Below are positions 49,505 through 58,190 of a stretch of DNA of 64,000 nucleotides, piece by piece. Origin of the DNA: an uncultured Sphaerotilus sp. Its GTDB lineage: Bacteria; Pseudomonadota; Gammaproteobacteria; Burkholderiales; Burkholderiaceae_C. The position numbers and the translations under genes were made by a program. The stretch lies in NCBI GenBank assembly GCA_964470355.1, contig CAYYCN010000003.1, positions 4,140-68,139 on the forward strand, read 5' to 3'. The notes below the pieces were generated by a model. The model saw nothing but the letters and a program-made list of their open reading frames with translations, searched no databases and was not told where the DNA came from. The stretch's first letter is position 1; each line of letters starts with the position of its first letter.

Positions 49505-50404
49505 ATGCCCATGACCAGCCGCGAAGTGGCGACGATGAGCACGAAGGAGATTGCCGAGCTGACCGGGAAGGAGCACAAGAACGTGCTGGCCGACTGCCGG
49601 ACGATGTTTGACGGCCTGGGAATGCACTCGGCTGAGTTCTCAGCTCAGTACAAGGACAGCACCGGGCGAACCCTCCCCCTGTTCAACCTCCCCAAGGACC
49701 TCACGTTCACCCTGGTGGCAGGCTATTCGGTCGAGCTGCGCCACCGCATCGTCACCCGCTGGCTGGAGCTGGAGTCCAAGGCCGCCCCGGCCCCTGAGCC
49801 CGCTTTCGCCCTACCGAAGTCCTACAGCGCCGCCCTGATTGAGCTGGCGGCCCAGGTGGAGGCCCGCATTGACCGAGGCGTCCGCGCCTGGGGCCGCATC
49901 AAGGCCACCGCAGCCGAACAGCGTGAGCTGTGGCGTGAGGTCGGGGAGGCCCTCCTGGTGGGCCGCAAGCTGCACAAGGCTGACCGCGCCTTCAGCCAGT
50001 GGTGCAAGGCCACCGGGTTCGGTGACATACACCGCAACTACCGAGCCGCCTCTATGTGGCTCGCCACGGTGCATGTATTACTTGCACCTGATGGCGTGTC
50101 GGACCCCATCGAGCTGCGCCGCCTGCACACCGAGCAAGAGGCAAGTCAGGCCCTCCCCGAGGACCTGAAGGCCATCCCTGAGCCCATCCCCCAGGCCCCC
50201 GTCCTGGCCCCCGAAGACGCCGAGAAGGTGGTCAAGCTGATCCACCGTGCGCATTGGCTTCGAGGCAGCAGCCAATGCCCGCGCGGGAAACCGCAAGGTG
50301 TGGACCTTCAAGGGCGGGACCGCATGCTGCCCGGAGTGATGCTCCCGGGCCCCCGAGATTTCAGGAAAAAGCCTCCAGGCGCTCCAGGACGTAGGGTTGC
50401 CTAG
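49505..50404 (+). CDS. Rha-family phage regulatory protein fused to a DUF3102-like region, 3' end probably disrupted
   Basis: MSTKEIAELTGKEHKNVLAD...YKDSTGRTLP...LVAGYSVELRHRIVTRWLELE; LPKSYSAAL; VGEALL...FSQWC. Confidence 0.75.
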   Translation: MPMTSREVATMSTKEIAELTGKEHKNVLADCRTMFDGLGMHSAEFSAQYKDSTGRTLPLFNLPKDLTFTLVAGYSVELRHRIVTRWLELESKAAPAPEPAFALPKSYSAALIELAAQVEARIDRGVRAWGRIKATAAEQRELWREVGEALLVGRKLHKADRAFSQWCKATGFGDIHRNYRAASMWLATVHVLLAPDGVSDPIELRRLHTEQEASQALPEDLKAIPEPIPQAPVLAPEDAEKVVKLIHRAHWLRGSSQCPRGKPQGVDLQGRDRMLPGVMLPGPRDFRKKPPGAPGRRVA

Positions 50405-50432
50405 CCCGCTTCCCGTTCGGCGTTTTTCCTCC
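50363..50432 (+). repeat. third copy of the AGGACGTAGGGTTGCCTA hairpin motif
   Basis: Core at 50386-50403 inside a GGAAAAAGCC...GGCGTTTTTCC stem. Confidence 0.75.
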
Positions 50433-50530
50433 AATTTCCAGGCCGAGAACGGCCCCAGAGGGGGCATCGAGGGCACTGCCGCCTGGCAGCAGCACCGGCC
50501 CCGTCAAGGCTTCCTTGAAAACCGCGCCGC

Positions 50531-50790
50531 CGTGTCTAAAAGCCGGCTATAGCAGAAGACGGAAACCGGCTGTGGCTGTGGGCACTGCAGGAGCTGCCTG
50601 AATCGCTAGGTGGATCCAGGTCTTGCGCCGCTGCTGTCGTGTCTAAAAGCTGGCTATAGCAGAAGACGGAAATCGGCTGTGACCGCGAGAGCCGCCGAAG
50701 CCGCCCGAATCGCTAAGAAGATCAAGGGCTTACGTCGCTTCTTCTCTCCATAACCCCGGCCTGAGCAGAAGGTGGACACCGCGGCTTCGC
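50531..50790 (+). promoter_or_regulatory. ~107-bp tandem repeats with phage-RNAP-promoter-like sites
   Basis: CGTGTCTAAAAGC(C/T)GGCTATAGCAGAAGACGGAAA at 50531 and 50638; degenerate third copy (AGCAGAAG at 50764). Confidence 0.6.
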
Positions 50791-50985
50791 TTCACATCGA
50801 ATTAAAGCACATCACCCGGGGGTGGCCCTGTCTGTATTTGGGGAGCAGTCACCAACTTTCCGCCACCCCAAGTCCACCCCAAGCCCCCAACACGCGCCCC
50901 CCTCCAGCCACGCCTTAGCGGCGCTGGTCACACGGAAGCGGGGCATTTTTGCGTCGGTTGCTCCCCTCCACTTCCTCTACCCTGC

Positions 50986-51474
50986 ATGAACCCGGAGTCC
51001 CAAGAACCAGCACAAGCACCAAAGCGAGGGCGGCCCGCCATCACCCTCGACAACTCAGAAGTTCGCACAGTCCTGTCCGCCTGGAGCACCTTCACGGACC
51101 TTGTGGTGGACCTCCCCGAGGCCGATGACATCTTCACCGGGTCCACTCTACTGAAGACTGAGGGCATCACCTCTACACGCCCCCTTGCTCGCTCCCGGCT
51201 GTTCCAGATGCTGACCCGCCTGGACACCATCAGCTCCCGAGGGGTCGCCTCATTGCTCCCGCCTGACGCAGGGGAGAGCACTGCCAAGCTGTACGCATCA
51301 GTCCTTCGGGTCATCAGCAAGGCCATCCACTCCGAACTGTGGAAGTCCTCCAGGTGGCATGACGCAGCACGGGAAGCGCGCCTCTTGTTCGCAGATCAGG
51401 AAGACCTGGACCGGGAGTGCTGGGATAGGTGGAACACCCTGCAGTCGGAAGCTCACCAATTAACGCCAACCTAA
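50986..51474 (+). CDS. hypothetical protein with AT-hook-like KRGRP
   Basis: 162-aa ORF, first gene after the tandem repeats. Confidence 0.65.
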   Translation: MNPESQEPAQAPKRGRPAITLDNSEVRTVLSAWSTFTDLVVDLPEADDIFTGSTLLKTEGITSTRPLARSRLFQMLTRLDTISSRGVASLLPPDAGESTAKLYASVLRVISKAIHSELWKSSRWHDAAREARLLFADQEDLDRECWDRWNTLQSEAHQLTPT

Positions 51475-51928
51475 ATAAACAAGAGGTGCCCCCGCTGGTG
51501 AGCTGAAGCGGTAACGGTTCCTCCAGGTTCGATGAACCGACCACGACCACCCATTCCATTGCAGGCGAAGCCTGAACCAAGGGAAACCTTCCCGTGGGCT
51601 TCTGTCCAACCTGCGAAGCAGGGACACCAGAAGGGGACTGTTGAAGGGCTTCGCCCTTTTCAGACCACCCAGGATCAGACTCAATCCTGGTCCCACTTCC
51701 TCGGTCATACAGGCAGCAGCGTCCGCGATGCTGGAGCCTGAATCAGTGCCTCCCCGCACTGGCCCCCTGTAGTCCCCCTGCTGCGCAGGTCCAGCCACAG
51801 GCCATTCAGTGGCCGCCCTCCCCGTCACTCAACCGCCCAAGCGCCTAGGCCCCCTCCATCTTCTGTGGTCGGGGCTTTTCTGCGCTGTTCGCTCACTCAA
51901 ACCCCATCCATCAAAAGGACCCCCTCCC

Positions 51929-52474
51929 ATGGCACGCATCCACGCCACCCCCGACCGTCGAGGCTTGAAGCCGAAGACAACCCTCCGCGCCTCCAATGCC
52001 TCCACTCGGATGACCTCCTTGGTCGACCTGGAGGCCACCTATCAAGCAGCCTTCGGGGCCTTCTGGCTCACTCGGGCGTCCTCGGTGAATCCAGCTCAAA
52101 GCCCATACCTCCGGGTATCCCCCTCCTCCGTGGTCATCCGTGCCCTGGACTTCTACCTGGAGCACCTGGACACCCTGCAGCCTGGGGAGGCGCAGCACTC
52201 CGAGTTCAAGGCAGTAGAGCGGGCTGTGACCCGCAAGCCCTTGGAAGCGGCCCACCTCGACCGCATAGCGGCCCTCCTGCAGCAGGCCCAGACCCACTGT
52301 GAGACCCAGGAAGGCCATCGTCCAGGCGCAGGGGTCCCGGAGATGGTCCAGGTCCTCCCCGCGTTGTGGCACGACCTCAGGACAGGAACCACAGCAGCCG
52401 AACGAAAGGCACGGGACGATGCCTTGAGGGACAAGGTGGAGGCAATGCTCCCGAAGAAGTACCAGCAGTGCTAG
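51929..52474 (+). CDS. hypothetical protein
   Basis: AAGGA before ATG 51929; preceded by a hairpin and T-tract. Confidence 0.6.
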   Translation: MARIHATPDRRGLKPKTTLRASNASTRMTSLVDLEATYQAAFGAFWLTRASSVNPAQSPYLRVSPSSVVIRALDFYLEHLDTLQPGEAQHSEFKAVERAVTRKPLEAAHLDRIAALLQQAQTHCETQEGHRPGAGVPEMVQVLPALWHDLRTGTTAAERKARDDALRDKVEAMLPKKYQQC

Positions 52475-52533
52475 CCGCGCCTCAATCCACCATCAATGGC
52501 TAACCCCACGTCAGCCCCCTCTTCAGCCCGCCT

Positions 52534-52593
52534 CTGAGCGGGTTTTTCTTTGTCTGAGTCTTCACCCATACCCATGCACCACCCGACCCCTTC
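52534..52593 (+). repeat. 60-bp terminator/leader/N-terminus cassette (copy 1; copy 2 at 53318-53377)
   Basis: CTGAGCGGGTTTTTCTTT.TCTGAG.CTTCACCCATACCCATGCACCACCCGACCCCTTC, 2 mismatches between copies. Confidence 0.85.
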
Positions 52594-53254
52594 CAGCCCG
52601 CCCGAGGGCGTCGAACGATTTACCCCCGACTTTCCCGAGGCAATCCACCCCTTCAGCAGCATTCCCGGGGGGGACCGGCAAGCCGCCTCAGCACCACCCC
52701 CCGTCCTATTCGACTTCCACGGCCACAGCCTCCGCTCCTTCACCCGGGAGGATGGGTCCTTCTGGTTTGTGGCGAAGGATGTGTGTACGGCCCTTGGACA
52801 CACGAACAGTCGCATGGCGCTGGGGCGCCTGGATGATGACGAAAAGGGGGTAAGCAATGTTTACACCCCTGGAGGGGTCCAGCAAGGCGCCATCATCTCC
52901 GAGTCTGGCCTGTTCTCACTGATCCTGACTTCCACGGTCCCCGGTGCCAAGGCATTCAAGAAGTGGGTCACCTCGGAAGTCCTCCCGTCCCTGCGCCGTC
53001 ACGGTGTCTACGTGGTGGGACAGGAAACAAAGCTCCCCGAGGGCATGAGCCTGGAGGAGCTGGAAGCAGAGAGCCGCAAGGCACGGCAGCACATGGAGGC
53101 CGTACAGGCTCGCCTGGAGGCCATTGCAGCCGAGAAGGAGGCAGAGGCCGCCGCCTATCGAGCCCGAATGCTGGAGTACCGCAACGAGCGGGATGACTTC
53201 TTCAAGCAGATGCGCACCCCGAGCTACACCGCATCGGGGAAGCGGAATCGATAA
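52574..53254 (+). CDS. BRO-N family phage protein
   Basis: FDFHGHSLR...WFVAKDVCTALG...LDDDEKG...ISESGLFSLIL...FKKWVTSEVLPSLRRHG. Confidence 0.9.
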   Translation: MHHPTPSSPPEGVERFTPDFPEAIHPFSSIPGGDRQAASAPPPVLFDFHGHSLRSFTREDGSFWFVAKDVCTALGHTNSRMALGRLDDDEKGVSNVYTPGGVQQGAIISESGLFSLILTSTVPGAKAFKKWVTSEVLPSLRRHGVYVVGQETKLPEGMSLEELEAESRKARQHMEAVQARLEAIAAEKEAEAAAYRARMLEYRNERDDFFKQMRTPSYTASGKRNR

Positions 53255-53357
53255 GGCCCCTCCCACTGCCACCCCCACAAACCCCGCCAGTCTCAGCGCT
53301 GAACGCCACTGGCGCGGCTGAGCGGGTTTTTCTTTTTCTGAGCCTTCACCCATACCC

Positions 53358-53849
53358 ATGCACCACCCGACCCCTTCAGAACGATTTACCCCAGAAATCC
53401 CCGCCGTCAAAGCCCCTTTGTTTGCCCTCTCTGCAGAGGACCGGCAAGCCGCCCTTGAACTGGCCCGCGAAGTCCGCGAGCAGCGCACCCAGGAATGGGA
53501 AGCCCTGGAACGAGACCCCGCAACCCGCCTTCACCAGAACTTCAGGAATGAGGCCTACATGCGGGCTCACCTGTCCGCTGCAGGGGTCCGCATTGCCTCC
53601 AACCTGGAGCCCGCAACGCCCCAGCGGGTTCTCCTGCTGCTGCGCCGTGCTGGTGTCCCGGCTGACCGGGTGGTCGAGTCCGTGGCCCCCTTCTGGACGG
53701 ACACCGAGGGCAAGCCTCTGGGCGCCTTGAAGGTCCTTGCCCGGTTCCTGGAAGAGAACCCCCGGTTGCCCTTGTGGGCCGCTGTCGCCTTCATCCTGGA
53801 ACTGGATGGGCGCTTCACGGCTGCTGTCCTCATGAACTTCGGGCGCTAA
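53358..53849 (+). CDS. hypothetical protein sharing the MHHPTPS leader with the upstream BRO gene
   Basis: 163-aa ORF starting within repeat copy 2. Confidence 0.65.
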   Translation: MHHPTPSERFTPEIPAVKAPLFALSAEDRQAALELAREVREQRTQEWEALERDPATRLHQNFRNEAYMRAHLSAAGVRIASNLEPATPQRVLLLLRRAGVPADRVVESVAPFWTDTEGKPLGALKVLARFLEENPRLPLWAAVAFILELDGRFTAAVLMNFGR

Positions 53850-53864
53850 GCGCCTCCCCCTCTC

Positions 53865-56800
53865 ATGCCAACACCCACCACGCCTGCCCCCACCGAGCGC
53901 CCCACCTTGTCGGCCCTGCCCACCATCTCCTCGCTGCCCCAGCGTAGTGGCCTGGGGAATACCGACCCCAACGCCCTCCCCGCCCCCGCCCCCTCCCCTC
54001 TGGCCGCAAGTGATGCGAAGCTGAAGCGGGAGGAAGAGTACGGGTTCATCGACTACGCCAAGGCATCCTTCCGCCAGGACTCCCTGATCCCGGGCATCGT
54101 CAACCGCTACGTGGGTAGCCAGTTTCTCCCGGATGCCTCCTTCAATCCCTTTGAGGACAAGGAGGTCCAGGAGATGCAAGGCCAGCTCTGGGAGGAGCAC
54201 AAAGGCTACCTCCTTCAGGGCAACAGCCGGGCCCACACCCAGTTCCTGTACCAACAGCTCAAGCAGAAGCAGAGCGACCTGGAGCACCTGGGGGACATGG
54301 GCGTGGCCGGTAACGTGGCTCGGGTCATCGGAGGCTTCGCCATGCCCGACCAGATTGCCCTGGGGCTCGCTACGGGCGGCCTCGGGACCCTTTACCGGGC
54401 TGGCCGGGTGGGGGCTGCAGGCTTCCGAGCAGGCACCGCGGTGGAGCGCGTAACTCTCCGAGCAGAGGAGGCCGCACGGCAAGCTGCAAGCGCCTCCGGT
54501 GCCATGGGCTACGCCTCCACGATAGCCCGGGGTGCCCTGGAGAACGCGGTGGTGACCCGCGAACTCAACAAGTACAACTTCAACGATGAGAACGAAGGTC
54601 TCATCCAGGCCGCCATTACGGGGGCCACCCTGTCCGGTGCGTTCCACCCGCTGGGCGCTTCGGCCTCCCGCCGCCTCTCCGACCTGACCCACAAGGACGC
54701 TGCAGTCCTCCGGGCCACCCTGGACGCCTCCGAGGGCCGCCCCATCACCGTGGAGCAGGCCAAGCTGGTCCAGGACATGCACCGGGTGTCCTCCCTGGTG
54801 GACGACTTCCACAACGGGAAGATCAGCGCCGAGGAGGTGGATGCGAAGCTGGAGAAGCTGACGGCACCCCCGGAACTATTCGGGCCCCACGAGCCGGACA
54901 GCCGCTGGCTTGACCGCTTCCAGGAGACCGTGCGCAAGCAGGCCCAGGACATCATCGACCAGAACTTCAGCTCCCCTGTGGAGCGCTCCCGGGGCATGTC
55001 GGACGCCTCGAAGGCCCAGCTCGTGGCCCGGGGAGAGAAGGAGGCCGCAGCAGCTCGGGAACAGATTCCCGCTGCTGAGCCGGACCTGCCGACCCTGTGG
55101 TCCCTGCATGATGGCTCGAAGGTCACCCTCGAAGGCCAGATGAAGCGCAAGCTGGAGAAGGCGTTCGCCCTCCGTGCGATGGACAGCGAGAAGGCGCGGC
55201 GCGCCAAGGACCTGGAGGCCCTGACCTCTGGAGCCTCGAAGGCCAAGGTGGATGCGATGGATGCAGCCTGGGCGGCCCATGAGGCCAACCAAGCCAAGAC
55301 CCGGGCCTCCGAAGAGGAGATGGCCTGGAACCAGCGGGACCTCCAGGACATGGGCCAGGAGCCGCAGCCAGGCGTCCGGACGGCACAGCCGGATCCGACC
55401 TACGCACCCCCCGCGCCCCCGGAGGCTCCCTCCATTCCTGGCTCCGACCCGAGCCACTGGCAGGGCCGGGAGGTCTCCTGGATCAACAAGCAGGGCGATG
55501 TGGTCTACGGGACGGTGGACGGGGTGAACCAGTACGGTCGCCTCGAAGTCACCGATACGCACGGGAAGACCCATTCCGTGGCCCCCGAGAAGCTGGACCA
55601 GTTCCAGGGACACGAGCAGGCCCCCGATGGGTTCATCCACGCGGGCAACCTGGGTGCCGCCCAGCACCTGGAGATTGCCAACGAGCTGACCCCCATGTCC
55701 GCCCTCACCTCGGTGAAGGTCAAGGGCAAGGAGGTGGACATTCGGTGGGACTACTCGAAGGTGTTCAACACCTCGGCCCTTGAGTCCGTCCGGAAGCTGG
55801 GGTTCGCCCTGGTCAAGGACCCCACGGGCTTCGAGGGGCACGCAACCCAGCGCCGCACCGTGTCCGAGCTGGCAACCGAGGTTCGCCGGGTGCACGCCGG
55901 GGCGTTCCACTTCCAGTTCCGTGAGGCACTGGCGGAGGCAATGAAGGCCGCCCAGGTCCCCATGCACAAGACCCTGAGCTTCCGCAATGAGTTCGCCTCG
56001 CTGGTCACCCGGCACACCCGGGGGGACGCATCGGTGGCCCGGGACTATCCCCAGCTCATGCCTGCGGTCCAGAAGGCATCCAGCCAGATGCAGAAGTTCT
56101 ACAAGACCGTCCTGGATCTGGCCCGGGAGAAGGAAGTCAAGGGCGCCGAGTTCATCCCCGACGATACCACCTACGTGACCCGTATGTGGGACCACCAGGC
56201 CATCCGCAGGGCCGCCGAGAAGTTCGGATGGGAGAAGATCCACGAGGCCATCGGCCACTCGATCAAGGATAAGCAGCGGGTCATTGACAAGGCCCGAAAG
56301 GACCCGAAGAACGCTGGCAAGACCGACTCCCAGCTCCTCAACGAGAAGGGGGCCCGGTTCCTGAAGTCGCTGATCTCCAAGCAGTATGACGTGGCCTCCA
56401 GGGACCTCATGATGGCCGGAGGCGATGAAGCCGCTGTCCGTGAGTCCCTCAAGCAGCGTGGGTACAAGGAGGGGGAAGTTGACGATGTAATCGACGTGCT
56501 CTTCGAGGCGAAGATGGACGGGGCGGAGCAGGACGCAGGCCGTGCTGCACAGCTCAAGTTCCGATTCAACCTGGACGAGAACTTCAGCCTCTCCACGGAT
56601 GCCGGGGAGCTTCGCTTGTCGGACCTCCTGGAGAACGATGCGCGGGCCCTGGTGGACTCCTATGCCACCGGCATGGGCGGACACATCGCCTTCGCGGACC
56701 ACGGAATCCTCTCCGAGGCCGACTGGCAGCGGTCCCTCAAGGAGGTGCAGGACGAGGCATCCAGCCGCCCCGAGCTGGACGGCATCCAGGTGGAGAAGGA

Positions 56801-58109
56801 ACTCCAGCACCTGCAGGATGTCCGGTCCAAGATCATGGGCCGTCCGATGTCTCAGGAGGTGTTCAACACCACCTCCCGGATGCTGGGGGCCTTCCAAGCG
56901 ATGACCCGGGGGGCCTCCCTGGCACAGCTCGGGGCCACCTCCGCCTTCGAGCTGGTGAAGTCCGTGGCTACCTTCGGGGTGCGCAACCTCATCCACAACC
57001 TGCCCTCCCTGGGCCAGTTCCTGACCGCCGTCCGGCAGGGGTACGTCCCCGACAAGGGGATGGCCCGGGACATCATGGAGTGGACTGGGATGGGCTACGA
57101 GACCGCCTCCACGTACTTCAAGGCGAAGCAGGCGGGTGATGGGGCCCTGGACAAGTTCCTCACGGGGTTTGAGAACGTTGGGGGGGCCTTCTCCCATGGA
57201 ATCAACGCCCTCTCCGGGAACGACTCCATCACGTCCCTGACGAAGCACATTTCGGCGATGTCCGCCGCCTCCCAGTTCTCCCGCTACGCCCGGGGCATCG
57301 ACAAGGTGCCCGCAGGGCTGCAGAACCGATGGGCAGGCGCAGGCCTGGACCTGGACCGCCAGGCCATGTTCATGGAGCAGTTCAAGCGCTACTCCGAGGT
57401 GGACTCCAATGGCCGGCTGGTTCGCATCGACCACGAGACGTGGACCGCGGAGAACCCGTACACGGCAAGCGAGTTCAAGAACTTCCTCACCCGTCAGGCC
57501 CGGGATGCCATCCAGGACCACGACATCGGGGAGACCATGCCCGTGCAGCACACCCCCCTTGGGAAGCTGTTCGGGGAACTGAAGACCTTCTTCCTGGTGG
57601 GCCACGCCAAGAACACGCTGAAACAGCTCCATTACATGGACGCCACCTCTGCGCGGATCTTGATGTTCGGCATGGTGGGGGAAATCCTCGCCTACTCGAC
57701 CCAGCAGGCCATCAACGCCCCGGACAAGCTCAACGAGCGCCTGACCCCGGAGAAGATTGGTCTTGCCGTGTTCAACCGGGCAGCGGTTCTCGGGATGATC
57801 CCCACAGCCATCGAGACTGGCTACAACGTGATTTCCGGGGGCGACTCCCTGCTGTCCCCGGGCACGACCGCCAACACGGACAACCGTTCGATGCTCATAA
57901 CCCCGTCCATGCAGTTCGCTAAGAAGCTGGGCAACGCGGGCATCACCTTCGGGGGCCTGGTCATGGATTCCGACACGGCAACCCAGAAGGAGCTTCGGGA
58001 CCTTCGGGACACCATCCCGCTTGCACGCTACTACGGGCTCCGCTACCTGACCGAGCAGTTCATTCTGGAGGCACCCAAGTCAGATCCTGAACACCCCTGG
58101 GCGCGGTAA
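53865..58109 (+). CDS. T7 gp16-like internal virion (ejection) protein, no visible transglycosylase domain
   Basis: 1414 aa, mostly helical; C-terminal TPLGKLFGELKTFF, NERLTPEKIGLAVFNRAAVLG, TPSMQFAKKLG, ATQKEL resemble the T7 gp16 C-terminus as recalled. Confidence 0.7.
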   Translation: MPTPTTPAPTERPTLSALPTISSLPQRSGLGNTDPNALPAPAPSPLAASDAKLKREEEYGFIDYAKASFRQDSLIPGIVNRYVGSQFLPDASFNPFEDKEVQEMQGQLWEEHKGYLLQGNSRAHTQFLYQQLKQKQSDLEHLGDMGVAGNVARVIGGFAMPDQIALGLATGGLGTLYRAGRVGAAGFRAGTAVERVTLRAEEAARQAASASGAMGYASTIARGALENAVVTRELNKYNFNDENEGLIQAAITGATLSGAFHPLGASASRRLSDLTHKDAAVLRATLDASEGRPITVEQAKLVQDMHRVSSLVDDFHNGKISAEEVDAKLEKLTAPPELFGPHEPDSRWLDRFQETVRKQAQDIIDQNFSSPVERSRGMSDASKAQLVARGEKEAAAAREQIPAAEPDLPTLWSLHDGSKVTLEGQMKRKLEKAFALRAMDSEKARRAKDLEALTSGASKAKVDAMDAAWAAHEANQAKTRASEEEMAWNQRDLQDMGQEPQPGVRTAQPDPTYAPPAPPEAPSIPGSDPSHWQGREVSWINKQGDVVYGTVDGVNQYGRLEVTDTHGKTHSVAPEKLDQFQGHEQAPDGFIHAGNLGAAQHLEIANELTPMSALTSVKVKGKEVDIRWDYSKVFNTSALESVRKLGFALVKDPTGFEGHATQRRTVSELATEVRRVHAGAFHFQFREALAEAMKAAQVPMHKTLSFRNEFASLVTRHTRGDASVARDYPQLMPAVQKASSQMQKFYKTVLDLAREKEVKGAEFIPDDTTYVTRMWDHQAIRRAAEKFGWEKIHEAIGHSIKDKQRVIDKARKDPKNAGKTDSQLLNEKGARFLKSLISKQYDVASRDLMMAGGDEAAVRESLKQRGYKEGEVDDVIDVLFEAKMDGAEQDAGRAAQLKFRFNLDENFSLSTDAGELRLSDLLENDARALVDSYATGMGGHIAFADHGILSEADWQRSLKEVQDEASSRPELDGIQVEKELQHLQDVRSKIMGRPMSQEVFNTTSRMLGAFQAMTRGASLAQLGATSAFELVKSVATFGVRNLIHNLPSLGQFLTAVRQGYVPDKGMARDIMEWTGMGYETASTYFKAKQAGDGALDKFLTGFENVGGAFSHGINALSGNDSITSLTKHISAMSAASQFSRYARGIDKVPAGLQNRWAGAGLDLDRQAMFMEQFKRYSEVDSNGRLVRIDHETWTAENPYTASEFKNFLTRQARDAIQDHDIGETMPVQHTPLGKLFGELKTFFLVGHAKNTLKQLHYMDATSARILMFGMVGEILAYSTQQAINAPDKLNERLTPEKIGLAVFNRAAVLGMIPTAIETGYNVISGGDSLLSPGTTANTDNRSMLITPSMQFAKKLGNAGITFGGLVMDSDTATQKELRDLRDTIPLARYYGLRYLTEQFILEAPKSDPEHPWAR

Positions 58110-58190
58110 CGCCGCCTCCACCTATCTACCGCCCCCCCCACAGGCCCCACCAGTTTGACGACTGAGTGGGGCTTCTTCATTCACAAGACC

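Noticed and set aside
50531-50790. CRISPR array
   Set aside because: The period is 107 bp, the inter-repeat parts are themselves homologous, and there are no cas genes
51460-51828. Trp-rich - strand ORF in island 2
   Set aside because: Opposite to all island genes, no motif or clear RBS; cannot be supported
54876-57632. 918-aa - strand ORF
   Set aside because: Antisense shadow of the gp16-like gene
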